Below, in pieces: positions 1-11,651 of a stretch of DNA of 64,000 bases. Each line of letters starts with the position of its first letter. Position 1 is the first letter of the stretch. The stretch comes from Amoebophrya sp. A120. Taxonomy: Eukaryota > Protista > Dinoflagellata. The notes under the pieces were generated by a model that was not told the origin of the DNA, made no database searches, and saw only the letters and a list, made by a program, of their open reading frames with translations. A program made the position numbers and the translations under genes. Location of the stretch: contig CAJINV010000009.1 in the NCBI GenBank assembly GCA_905178155.1, forward strand, positions 789,349 to 853,348, in the 5' to 3' direction.

Positions 1-852
1 CAGACCTCCCCTGCAATGCTAGCAAAGCAACATAATTATTGATGATGATAATTATGATGATGATGCTCAACTTGAAAGAAGCTCGCTCACGAGCAACGCG
101 TCACTTCTGTGAGCTCTTCATCGCAAGTGGTAACTTACAACCTTGGAAGTGGTTCCGTTTCGTTTTCTCCGCTTCGTCGATCCAAAAAGACAGGCTCGGC
201 ATCACAAATTCACGTAGCTCGCTCCGGCTACAGCGATCTAAGTACTCAGGTTGCGATTTTGATTTTTCATCTGAACTCCACCGTGTGATGATTGCAGTAT
301 CAGTTTCAGTAGTGCATAATCTGTGAAAGATAGAGATGCACTTTGAACAGGCTGCGAGCGCTCCATTATTCACAGTCCTGAAAGAGAAAGCAGTTGTCTC
401 ATGTTGGTGCTGCGAGGCTATTAAGGGTAGTAGACGTAGAGAGAGACAGACGGCAAGGGAAGCCCTGTTATTCAAAAAGTTTTTGCCCGAAGGAATAAGT
501 AGCTAGCAGTGTATCCACCTGCCCTATGATTACCGACCACTCATATGTGGATAGTTTGTTTCTGGTATTTCTATAAATAAATCGCCCACAGTATACTAGG
601 TTTAGATTATACAACTCACAAAAAGTGTCTTTTAGCCTTAGCTTATAGTTATAATATCCAAGGATGAAGTTGAACGCAAGCTGCATGTTGCAGTTCTTGC
701 TCTTTACACAGTACAAATCGACGTTTCTTTGTCGGGAGGTGGCTGTGTCACTTCCGTTGCTCCTCCTGTTGGTGCTGTTCTACGAATTCGGGGGGACAAC
801 TGCTATTGGAGCATCCACGACCAGTATTTACGGTGAGCTACCGGCGTTTAAC

Positions 853-2404
853 ATGAACGAGCAGGTTCACCGTGCCGCGATCATCTGGCCTCAGACGAAG
901 AAGCAAGTGAGGAAGTTTTCTGATATCGCCATCGCACCCGCCATATGCATTGCAAAAGTATCGTAATCGTACTAGTATAAATCGCATGACAGGTTTTCAA
1001 GAAGTAGAAAATTGGAATTTGTAATGCAGAGTCAGGTAGAGAACCATTTGTCATGCATACCTGCAATTCATACGTTGCGAGTGCGATACTTTTGCAATGG
1101 ATACGCCAACGTGGAGGACGACGAGGAGTCGGAGAGGTCGTACTCTCAGAAGCTTCTGGGGTTCAAAGATCCGGATCTCCTCTGCGGGATCACATCGGAG
1201 AGGCAAGCGCAGGCGGACTTTTGTTTCTGGTTCGACCGTGAGATGTACACAGAAAAAGAACAAACCTCGGACGAACAAATCTTAAACCAATGGGAGGACG
1301 AAGAAGATGAAGACAGGAAAAAAAAAAGAAAAGCACATGACAAGAAGAACGGAAACAAGAAAGTGAAAGGAAGAAAAGCGGAGAAAAGAAACGGGAAAAC
1401 CAAAGTTGCGCAAAACCCTGTGGATGACACACCGGACCGGAACTACGTCGCGGAAGCCATGGCTGCTCGGTTGCCGTGGTCCGAGAAGAAGAAAGCGAGC
1501 GTGCCGCACGATATGATCATCCACGGGCCCGTGTTGCTCGTCTTCAGTCCAACGATGCAAACCAATGGGATGGGACAGTTTGTTGACGATATGGTTGACG
1601 ACGGCGAGTTCGGTTATCTGGGGATCGAAGAAGCCTGGAACAAAGGGCAACCAGTTGAGCAGCTGCGGAATGAGCAAAAACCAAAAACCACTTCTCCGCG
1701 TGACAGAAGGTGGAGCTTGCGCCAGCTGCAGCAGCGGGTTGCGTACTTTCACATGACCTTCGCTTCGGAAGACCAGTTATCCTGTTGCGCAAAAGCATCC
1801 CACTAAGAGCAATTAGCAATGATGAACTCTGTATTATACAGATTAGCCTAGCAGTAGCATGACAGCAGATGCAATGATTTGTATAGATCTATAAAAATTC
1901 TGCTTTAATACTTTTAGCAAGAAGGCAAAAATTCAATATTGCTATGCAGCATATCTTCTGCATCAAGTACGATACTTCTGCAATTCATACCTGTACGAGG
2001 AGAACCGGGATCCCAGAACGCGCCACCTCACCGAAGAAGAAGTAAAACTGATAACGGATATGGACAGCTGGGACACAATACCCCCCAATCTTATGGAAAA
2101 ACTTAAAATGAAGCTGGAACAAAACCTCACCCCTGAGGGCATGGAAGAGCTTGAGAAGGAAAAGAAGAAGGCACAAAAGCAAAAAGACGGAAAGAACAGT
2201 GGTGGCACAGGCCCAGTGAACAAGGCGGAGCGAAGTACTATGGATAATTCTAGGTCCGTTGATAGTCCTCCGGGGCCTAGTAAAATGTTTCGTGGGGATC
2301 GTGTGAAGACGAAGCACGCAAAGACCAAGAAAAGATCTTCGAAGAATGTGAAAGCAAGAGGTGGTGGTGGCGGCGCTACTGCGAACATGAAAAGTGAGCT
2401 GTGA
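853..2404 (+). CDS. Hypothetical protein, 3 exons (853-943, 1109-1777, 1995-2404), split by two non-canonical hairpin introns
   Basis: ORFs 664..966, 1012..1806 and 2060..2404 join in frame once elements 944-1103 and 1778-1989 (each plus a 5-bp repeat) are removed: ...IAIAPA|NVEDDEES... and ...FASEDQ|YEENRDPRTRHL...; Lys-rich tracts; start codon uncertain; no family recognised. Confidence 0.65.
944..1103. mobile_element. Introner-like non-canonical intron, family A (160 bp)
   Basis: TIR TATGCATTGCAAAAGTATCG ... CGATACTTTTGCAATGGATA (20 bp, 1 mismatch); direct repeat CGCCA at 939-943 and 1104-1108; removing 165 nt keeps the frame and removes the stop at 964-966. Confidence 0.9.
1778..1989. 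mobile_element. Degenerate introner-like intron, family A-related (212 bp)
   Basis: Begins TATCC..GCAAAAGCATC, ends GATACTTCTGCAATTCATA; imperfect repeat CCAGT/CCTGT; internal segment TTTTAGCAAGAAGGCAAAAATTCAATATTGCTATGCAG resembles family A interiors; removing 217 nt links ORF 1012 to the frame of ORF 2060. Confidence 0.65.
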
Positions 2405-3204
2405 CATTCAGTTTTTAACTACAGCCGTCTCATCCAAAAGGAGTTCAGCGAACGAAGCGGCAAGACATCTTTCAACCACTTGATGTGCGAGTCTCCCTTT
2501 CGGTCCTCTGCGTGTCTGCGTGATCGTGTTCAACAGCTCTTGCAGCTTTTTCCAAAATAGAAGATTTCGATACGCTGCTTCTGGTGCATTTTCTGATTTT
2601 TCTAATAAAGGGTAGCGAAGAAAGAAATTGCCGAGAGAACATTTTTAAAAAATGGATACTGAAAAGAAGCATGAAGAAACTTGAGATGCAGGCGTAAGTG
2701 GAAGTGCTTGTTGCAACATTCAATTTATGTAGAATCAGTAGAAGGGAGCTCGGCTGAGCGTGGTACTGGAATTTTGACGACAAAGGGGCGCGTAACGTCC
2801 TGCCATCATGATGGACCTTGTGAGCGGGGTGAGGGCCGCGGGGCGGGGGCTCTCGCTGTACTTATTAATTTGAATCACGCAGGCATCAGCGTCATCGTCG
2901 TCATCCTCTAAGGCAGCTTCTGTCTCTTTTCAGCAGACATCGCAACTTGTTGTACCTAAGCGAGTCGTAAATGCTCAATAAAGTCGAAGATGTTTCCACA
3001 TTCGCGATTCTTCCGACGTCCTGGCGATTGTGTTGGTCCACTTCGGCCAGGATTGGTAGTGCACTTTGATGTTCTGAAGAGCTACGCTAGTGGTGTGACG
3101 TAATTCAACTTGCAGGAGAAGGAGAACTCGGAAGAACAGGATCACGGCATAGGTGGTTCCGTGGCAACAACCCACCCGGAACTGTTCACCGCTGGTGGAT
3201 CAGC

Positions 3205-6200
3205 ATGCCGGCATTGGTGGAAAGGGGCCGAAACATGCACGCGTCGCACCGCGGCGGCTCCGATCATCCCGATCTTGATCTAGTGGACTACAACATGACG
3301 GTGACGAATTACCATTCAGATCACCAACATCCAGAGGAAAATGCCGAACGGCGTCACCAGGATTTGGATCATGTTGACGGTCAACATGAAGAGCTGATGG
3401 CCACCTTTGACGCCACCGAGGACAGGACACAGTTCAGGCGCAACAAGAAGAATTCGAGACGGGCAACGAGATCACCCTCTGGACCCAAGAAGAGGAATAC
3501 AATTTTGAAGATTTCTGACTGCAATATCTTCGAGGGCGACTTCATTGCGTTTTGCCACGTGTTTGCCGCAGGGGTTACGCTTGTCATGGCCCGCGTTACC
3601 CCCGGAGCTTGTTTGCTGGAGGAACTCGGCTTCACGCTGGCGGAGCTGGCCCATTGCGATGCTCTGTTTTGGTCCGGCTTTGTCATTATCAAATGTAAAA
3701 ATGTCTGGGTCTGGAAGAATGCAAGATTTGTGATGCAGGTTTTCCATGACCCATGAGGTCTGGAATGCGAGACCCAGCATGACAGATTTTTTGAGGTCTC
3801 TATCAATATCATGCCTTTCCTGCATGAGAAACTCCCTCTCAACTTGGTCAAAAGCGGACAGCTTTTGGTACTCACGCAACACAGATTTTTGTATTTTTGT
3901 ATCCTTCGGATTTAGCATGACAAGTTCCAATCTTCCAGACCCAGACATTTTTACATTTGATAGTCATCACGCAGATCGTCCTCTTCGCGCCCTTCTTGGA
4001 CCTATTTCGCCCGAACAGCGACGAGAATGACCGAGATGAGGAGGAATTCTTCAGCATAAAGCGAGATTTTGGCAGCGGCTCTTCCGAGAGGACAAAAAAT
4101 GGTTCGCAGCAGGAAGTGAATAGCCACGGGTATCACGATGTTGAAGACGAAGAAGAAGCACAGGAAGAAGATGAAAAGCAAATTTTTACTCGCCCTCCGT
4201 ACAAATACAACGACCACTTCGCTGCAGCTGGAACTTCTGTTTCCCAGCATCATCAAGGAGGCTCAGGCTTCGTCGACGACGCTGATCGAATGCAGCTTCT
4301 CGACCGAGACTGCTATAATGCCTCTGCACTCGTTCGAGGACCCGCGCGTTCGGAAAAACTTTCTTCCGAGAGCAGCAGAGGACGAGGCGAGAAAAGTGCA
4401 AGGGCAAGCGAAGTCGACAGGTTGATCCCTGTTGCGACCGCCGCGTATTCACCGTGTGGTCTGACTAAGACCCACATGACCCTTTCCGCGAGGAACTCGA
4501 AATTGGTGACGTCCAAGACGGCAATAACGCCAGGCGGCCTGCCGGACGGTCATCCCGAGAAAGGCGGCCCGGAAGTTGTGCGACTTCAGGGTCATCAGAG
4601 GCAGCGAAGCGCCGCTCCTCGCTCGACGGCGCAGCACATCGGGAAGGCCATTTTTCGCAGATTTGTGCCGACCAGCTTCCGCAACTGGCTACAGCTGCCG
4701 ACAGCCATGCCAACAAGTTTGCAGGTGGTCTACAAGAACGAGAAGAAAAAGAAAAATCAGAGTACCACGAGGACCAGTCAAGTGGGCGAAAGTGATTCTC
4801 CTGGTGGAACAAGTCATGATCTGCAATTATTCGGCGGGATTCGGAAAAAGCAAATCGACGTTTTTCAAAAACCTAAGCAAGCGCTCCTGGCCGCGCTGCT
4901 GCTCTGCGCGATCGTGCAGTTCTCGTTTCCCTCCTTGGCCACCTCGAAGGCCCTGATGCTCCTGCAAACAATCCACGGGGTGGCGCAGGGCCTCGCCTGT
5001 GCTGCTTGTGCGCAGACCTTCCGCAAAGTGGTGTACTCACCTAACCAATCCACGCTGCTTCTCTGGGTCGCCTGGGGCACGACCAGCTTGGGACTCGGAA
5101 AATTTTGCGGACCGCTGGTCACGGAGTGCAGTCTGGCGCTCGCGGCGCGGGCCCCGCCGGTTTCCACGATCATGCTGGAACTACAAAAAGTCAACCGCTT
5201 CGCCGGCATGAGCACGAGTGGCAGCACGCCTTCTTCCGGTTTGGAGCATGCTGCGGGAACTGCAGCGCCAAGGTGGAGCAGTGCTAGTGGAACAAGATCT
5301 TTGTCGCGAACTGTTTCCTATTTGCAACTCTTCGGTGATGACGACGACGCTACTGTCAAAGAGAAGGAAGCGAGCCGATTTTTTTTCGGCCTCAGCCCGT
5401 CACTTCCTGCCATCCACGACGACGGAAGTTCGTATATTCCCTTGTGGCCGCTGGTGCAGCCGCCGTCCACAAGAACAAAGTCCCAGCAGGGCAAGGGAAT
5501 GGAGGCAGAGGATAAAAAACAGCAAATCACCAAAAAGAAAAACCAGAAGACCAATGATCGCGAGGAAGCAGAGCTGGAAAAAACGTCTGCCAATAAACTT
5601 TCATTTCTGCAAGACGATGAAAAAGCTGCTGCGCCTCCTCCTGGTGAAAGTGAAGAATCTACAACATCGCGAGGAGCTGAAAGACCAAAAAAACAGGTGA
5701 AGCAAGGAGCAGGAAGCAGACAGAGGACTTCGAGTTTTAGTTCCGAAGCCCAACACAGAAAGAAAATGAAAAGAACGGCACATCGTCATGAAGATGTTGA
5801 TGAGATCAATAGGTCCGCACTATTCAGTGTTTCATCGAAAGATCATCTTCTGACAGCAGCGTCTACCGACGGTCCACAGGCACAGCCCGAGTCCGAGACG
5901 GCGGTCATCCTCGGCGAACTCGGAAAGCGAAAGAATGAAAGAACACAGAAAATAGACGGAAAGGAGGAGAAGGAAGAAAAAGAATCGGAGGAACAAGGGG
6001 CTGCTGCTCGTCCAGAACCAGAGAACAAAAAGAAGAAAATCGATTTCTTTGATAGTCGAATTTGGGCCGACTGGGACTGGTCCCGGGTGCTGTTTCACGA
6101 TCCACACGTCAAAATGGACGATGAGGAGCCACACACGGCGTCGTCCGGCGGAGATGCAGCGGATCGCGACAGCAACAAAGCACCGAAAGACCCACGGCAG

Positions 6201-9200
6201 TTGGTGTCGCAATCGTGGCGGAGGTGGAAGCGAATGAATGGCAGGGAGATGAAAAGGCACGAGAGCGAACGGGAACTGGTCGAAAAGCAACAAATAAGTG
6301 AGCTAGAAGCGATCACGACAGCATCAGCAAGTGAGGCGTCAAAAGCAAAAGTAGAACAGGAAAAAGATGCAAAGTCTGATTTGGACGGTGCGGGCACCGA
6401 TACAGCAGATGCAGAAGGAACACAGGACGACGAAAATAAATCTACGGAGGATTTGATTCGATCCCTCCTGCGGTCCCACTCGACGCAGATTGAGGAGGCG
6501 CACGAGAAACTTGAAGAAGAGGAAGAGGAGGAGGCAATTCTGGACGACATCCGGAATTTGCTCCGCGAGCGACGACGGGAAAAGGAAAAAATGCGCTACG
6601 CGGAGGATGGCGCGACTTCGGTTTCTTCGGAAACATCCTCAGCGCCCGCTGTTGAAAAAGCTGGTAAAAGGAGGCTATCCACTCAGTTCCAGGAAGAGGA
6701 ACGGGAGCTCATCGAGGCGCTGTCCAAACGAATCGCGAAAAGCTCCTCCGAAGGCGCAGCTACACACACGGAAGAGCAAGAAGCTGGAGAAGTGGAAGCT
6801 GCTGGACGAGGTGAGCGAGAAGATGGCGGACACAAGCCCTCGGCATCACCGACACCAGGAAAAGGACACTACACTGGACGGAGCAAGACAAAGAGTGCAA
6901 CTGAGCGTGAATCTGAAAAGCATTCTGGCGGAATCTCCTGGGATCCGAAGTACAACAAAAGGGAGCACCAGCATCAACATGACGGCCACAAAAAATCTCA
7001 CTCGCACAATCTCGGCAGCGGCAGCAGCAGCAGCTCTATCGGCATCTACAAGCATCGAAGTACTAGCACATCGACCACAAAAGCCTTAGGCGACGACGAG
7101 GGCGCAACCAGTAAAAGCACAAGCTCGGACCTCCATACAATTACAAATGACGCAAAGGGAAAAGATGACAAGAACGCGGAAGGACAAAGAGCTACTTCTT
7201 CAAATCCGGACGACGCGGCCGCAGAGGAGAAAAGTGAAAGGGACCCGGAGTACGAGGACAAATTCGCTTTTGGTGCGGCTTCGCCAGCGGACATGTTCCA
7301 GTTCCACGCACCGTTTGTGTCGCACGGCATCATCTTCCTGATTCAGGCCTTCCTTGTTTTTTGCACCTTATCTGTGCCGCAGAAGTCAAAGCTAGAAAGA
7401 GCCCAGGATGAAATTCTGGCGCAGAAGGAGCGGAAAGCAAGGATTCAAAATGGTATGTTCTCCTCTCATCGCCATCGCCGGCGTCCGGACGTCGAGGGTG
7501 CGTCCAGAACTACAAGCAGGCTTAGAAATGGAAACGTTTCCAGAAACACAGGGTCCTGTCGTGGAAGTGGTGTACGTGGAGGGTCTTCATCCACTTCCTC
7601 ATCTTCCAGTTGTGCGAATCCGTCCTCATCTTCGTCGGCCGAAAGTGAAGCCCAGGATCAGGCCCATCTCCAGCATCAGGAAGAGGAACTGGTTAGTTTT
7701 TATTCCGATCGCGAGTTCGAGAGCGTTGAGGACCTCGAGGACGAAGATATCTCGCCGATCATGTTCGTGCAGGACCACGATTTAGACCATTGTATCCACG
7801 GCTCCTCCAAAAATGCGGCTTTAGAAGAACCAACGCAGCAAGCGGGAAGAGCAGGCGTGCAGCCAGGGTATTATCCGGGAAGTGTGGACCGGTTGCAGCA
7901 GGGCAGCAGCTTTTTCCAAACTTACACGCGACCCGACGAAGGCGGGCCTCAAAGCAGGGGGCATGGGGCCGCTGTAGCGGCAAGCGTTCGCATTCTCGCG
8001 CGAGGTAAAGGCACCACCAGCCGGCGTCCTGCACAAGAACGTCCGGCGCAGCCTGATCCTGCTGCGGCGCAACACTGGGGCACGTATTACGAGAATGAGG
8101 ATCAAGAAACCAGCATGTCCGCGGTTTCAGTGTCAGACGTGGAGTATGAGGATCGGCGCGGTGGGGTCGAGCACCTTGATGTTTCAAATCACGGACCAGT
8201 GCTGCGACGAGATAACGACAACGACAGCACTCAACCTCGAGAAGAAAGCCCCATTGTCGTGAAGGTACTTTACAGCACTCTTACTCATTTATTGCGCGCT
8301 GGTGCGGCATGACTTTAATGTATTCAGTTTCGTCATCAATTTTAGTAGTTAGACCTTAAAAAAATTTTGGAAAATCACGGTCTCATTATCAACATCGATC
8401 TTCCAACGCGTCAAAATAAACAAATTGCAGGTTGTTGGTGGCGTTATCCGCGTCACTTCCAACGCCGATCCGGAAGAGCCGCGCTCTCGTCTCATGGAGG
8501 ACCACTCGCAAATAAGCAACTTTGAGAACAAATCCTCCAACCTGGACGGACGACCCGGCTCGTCCGGCAATTCGGCCACCAGCATACACTTACCGGATAA
8601 CGATCCAGCGGAAGTAGAGGAGATACAGTACGAAGGAACCAAAGAACCACGACGGGCGGTGGGGGAGCAGCTAGTAGAAGAAGGGGTGTCCTCTTCTCAG
8701 CGACGAGAGGACCACGACAGCAACATGATGATCTCTTCCAGTCTTCAAGCGCTGCAAACGGCGCTCCAGCAAGACCGGTCGCACAGAAAAGAGCGCCTGG
8801 CGTCGCTGACGTCGAACAGCGATCACGATGCCGGTCGTCAAAGTAGCAGAAGAGGCCGGCGTCAACATGATGGTTCTGCTGGTCACCGCGGACGAGGAGG
8901 TGTGCTGTCGCATGGTCCAAGCGCCGACAACTCGTCGAAAAATTCAGAGGAGATGAATTCGACGGGCGGCACAAGCAGTCTCGAGCCGTCTAGTATCGTC
9001 AACACCGCGAGGGATCATAATTTCTACAGCGCGTATGAAAGACAAGAGATTAGTACGACGACCTCGATGCGATCGTCTAAGGAAGTAAACCTGAATCCCT
9101 ACAAGAATAGCAGCAGCAGTTCCACTCTGTACGTGGGCAACAATGACAAAACCACTCGTGCAGCAGTACAAGCAGCCGGAAACCCCGGGGGCGTGGTCAC

Positions 9201-10676
9201 GAACATTCTGAACTCTAGTCATACGGCTTGCCTGTCTGCTCCGCACTACGCAATCGACACGCCGGGAGTCGCCAGTCGGGATGTCAGAGACCAAGCCGAG
9301 GATCTTCTGACCAGGAGCGGTGCCACGGCCTGGTATTTGACGCAGAGTGGTAGTATTTTCTGAAAATTTTTCAACCATCCCCATCGAATTGGAATTTGTC
9401 AGGCAAAAGATGGAGTAAAGTTGGCTTTGTTTTGTCATGCAATGCTGGTTCCGCATCCTCGCCCACCCGACCCCCTGGGGAGAAGAGCCATTGCCTGTTG
9501 CGCTGGGTGCGAGTGCGGAGGGAGGTGTCCACTACATCATGATGACGGTGATGCAAAAAGTGGATGTGGATGGTTAAAAATTTTCAGAGCATAAATAGCG
9601 GCAGCAGTTCAGCAGCGTCAACCGCTCGCGGAGGTAGTCATCTGTTGCAGCTGACGACAGGCGCATCACTTTACCACCCGCAGAGGGAAGTTGCAGGAAG
9701 ACGCGGGAGTGGCTTGCTCGAGCACGAGCAGCGGCTGCGGCAGGATGATCTCCTACATCAAGCTGATGAAGTCGTAGATATGGAGGACATGCAACTTGTC
9801 CAAGTTGCTCGACATAACTTTCTCGGCGAAGGACAGGAAATGTTGGCCAGTAGCACGAATGCGCCTACCGCGGCGTCGCAAGAGACAACCTCGACGTCCA
9901 CCTCCCGCAACATCCTCTCCGCCACTGGAATCAACCTCCTCGGACCGTTTTTCAGCTCGGTTTGCATTTTATGCGTCGCTATGTTGGAGGCGGCCTACGT
10001 GCTGTGGCTCACGTTTAGCTTTCCACGCGGCGTCGGAACCATGTTTCTCGCATTGCACGGGCTTGGCGACGCCTCGAGCGGTCCCCTGATCGCACTGCTC
10101 ATCGTCTCCAGTACGACGGCAGACGCAGAGACAAGGAGAGTAAGAACTTCATCCGGTGAAAGAACAACGACAACGAGGACCTCCTCTCATGCAGGAGCCC
10201 TTCTATCCAACGGAATGATTGACAACCGTGCCACGACAGCCGCCAACAGCTTCAACTCCCGAACAGTCAGTCGCGTTGTGACGACCCGATTCGACCTGCG
10301 CTTGGCCGTGTGGGTGTTGTGCTTCGGATTAGCTTGCATCTTCGTGTTCCTCCTCCGCATAGAACAGAACCCAATTGACACGTATTGTCAGCTGCTCACC
10401 GCAGTTTCGGTCTATTTCCTCGGCGTTCTGATGGCGAGCATTCGGGCGCTGTTCGGCGGCTTTATCCTGCTCACCTGCAACGTGGAAACCGCAAGACTGC
10501 AAATCCCGTTTTTTTGGTGCAGCGGCCACTTTCTGTGCAACTTCATCACCCCCGTTATTGGGGTCGGTTTGCCGTTGAGCCAATTTTTAGCCTACTTCGC
10601 GATTGTGTTGTCTTGCGTCGTCACCCTCGTACTCAGCGGCGAAAAGACCGTTCGAGGATTCGTCAGGTCACCGTGA
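3205..10676 (+). CDS. Very large multi-pass membrane protein, probably MFS-like transporter with giant hydrophilic insertions; exons 3205-3686, 3968-8264, 8431-9353, 9599-10676
   Basis: Four ORFs join in frame via element 3687-3962, a GT-AG intron 8265-8430 and element 9354-9593. Hydrophobic helices with MFS-like character (LFWSGFV|ITQIVLFAPFLD; LLQTIHGVAQGLACAAC; SLGLGKFCGPLV; FHAPFVSHGIIFLIQAFLVF; several C-terminal helices). Confidence 0.6.
3687..3962. mobile_element. Introner-like non-canonical intron, family C (276 bp)
   Basis: Perfect 32-bp TIR TATCAAATGTAAAAATGTCTGGGTCTGGAAGA; direct repeat GTCAT at 3682-3686 and 3963-3967; removing 281 nt fuses ORF 3205 to ORF 3957 in frame. Confidence 0.93.
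8265..8430 (+). other. Canonical GT-AG intron (166 nt)
   Basis: AAG|GTACTT ... TTGCAG|GTT; AT-rich; its length restores the frame between ORFs 3957 and 8425. Confidence 0.75.
9354..9593. mobile_element. Introner-like non-canonical intron, family B-related (240 bp)
   Basis: Imperfect TIR TATTTTCTGAAAATTTTTCAACCATCC ... GGATGGTTAAAAATTTTCAGAGCATA; degenerate repeat GGTAG/AATAG; contains TTTGTCATGCA; removing 245 nt joins ORF 8425 to ORF 9564 (QSG|SGSSSA). Confidence 0.78.
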
Positions 10677-11651
10677 GGAGCAGGTACAACAAGTCGTGAG
10701 TGTTACTGTTCGTTTATAACGACGACCTTGAAACCTCCTGCCCAACACGAGCAGGACGGCAGTGAGAAAGTGAAAACAAAATAATTCTGAAATTAAGAAC
10801 CTGAGATAGATCTTCAATATCGTGAAAGTCGGAAATATGCATGTCTATGAAGTTTCAGAATCCGATAAATTTACTAAAAATATGCACAATTTAGAGAAGT
10901 CAGTATAAATTCAACAGCCTTTTTTGTTCAAAAACAAATAGATAATGCCTCTGTATATTCCACGGATGTAGGATGAAATTTTTCTTACTTTTTTGTTTCT
11001 TTTTGATTTTGTAGCTGCACGAGTGTAGTGAAAATGTTGCTTAACGACGTAAAGAAAAAGACCGACGTAAAGAAATTTACCAGTGGCTTTTCCACCAGAA
11101 TTAACCATGTAAAATGTAACGGAGCAGCCTGACTCAAAGTCAGAGCGGCCGCAGCAGGAGTGCCGTCGAAGTTCTATTCATAAAAATTAGCAATGACATC
11201 AATGTCAATGTTGTTGCTGCAGCACAACAATTACAATATCCTCGCGACGATAAGCCGGGCCCTGTTCGTTGATAGGCCAAAAAGGCCTTCTCGCTTGAAT
11301 TTCTGTACAGAGCAGCCGCAAAAGTTCTGCAGTTCGTTATTGATGTCCCTCGGCGATTCATTTTGTGGCGGTGGTGTTGGCTGCGTTGTTTTGTAAAAAG
11401 ATTTGGCTTTGAGTGTCGTGCGCGATAGATACAGAGAGGAAGACACAAGGATGAAGCGACGATTAGGATTACGAGAGGGCAATGAACGCATTCTGCCGTC
11501 GTGCATTTTCTTCGTGGTTGCACGTTTTCGACAGTAAACCACCTCTGAGAGTCCAAGAAACCACAAAGCGCATCAAAGTTCTTGAAAGTTGTATGAGTAA
11601 AGTTTTAAGTTCTTGTGCGCTCGTGCATCAACATCGTACAAGAAAAAAATA

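Noticed and set aside
512-553. TATCCAC...GTGGATA short inverted repeat resembling element ends
   Set aside because: Only 7 bp, no flanking 5-bp direct repeat, no TTTGTCATGCA motif and not within a supported CDS.
39-716. Short ORFs at the window start
   Set aside because: No motifs, AT-rich, includes an ATG microsatellite; a gene cannot be supported.
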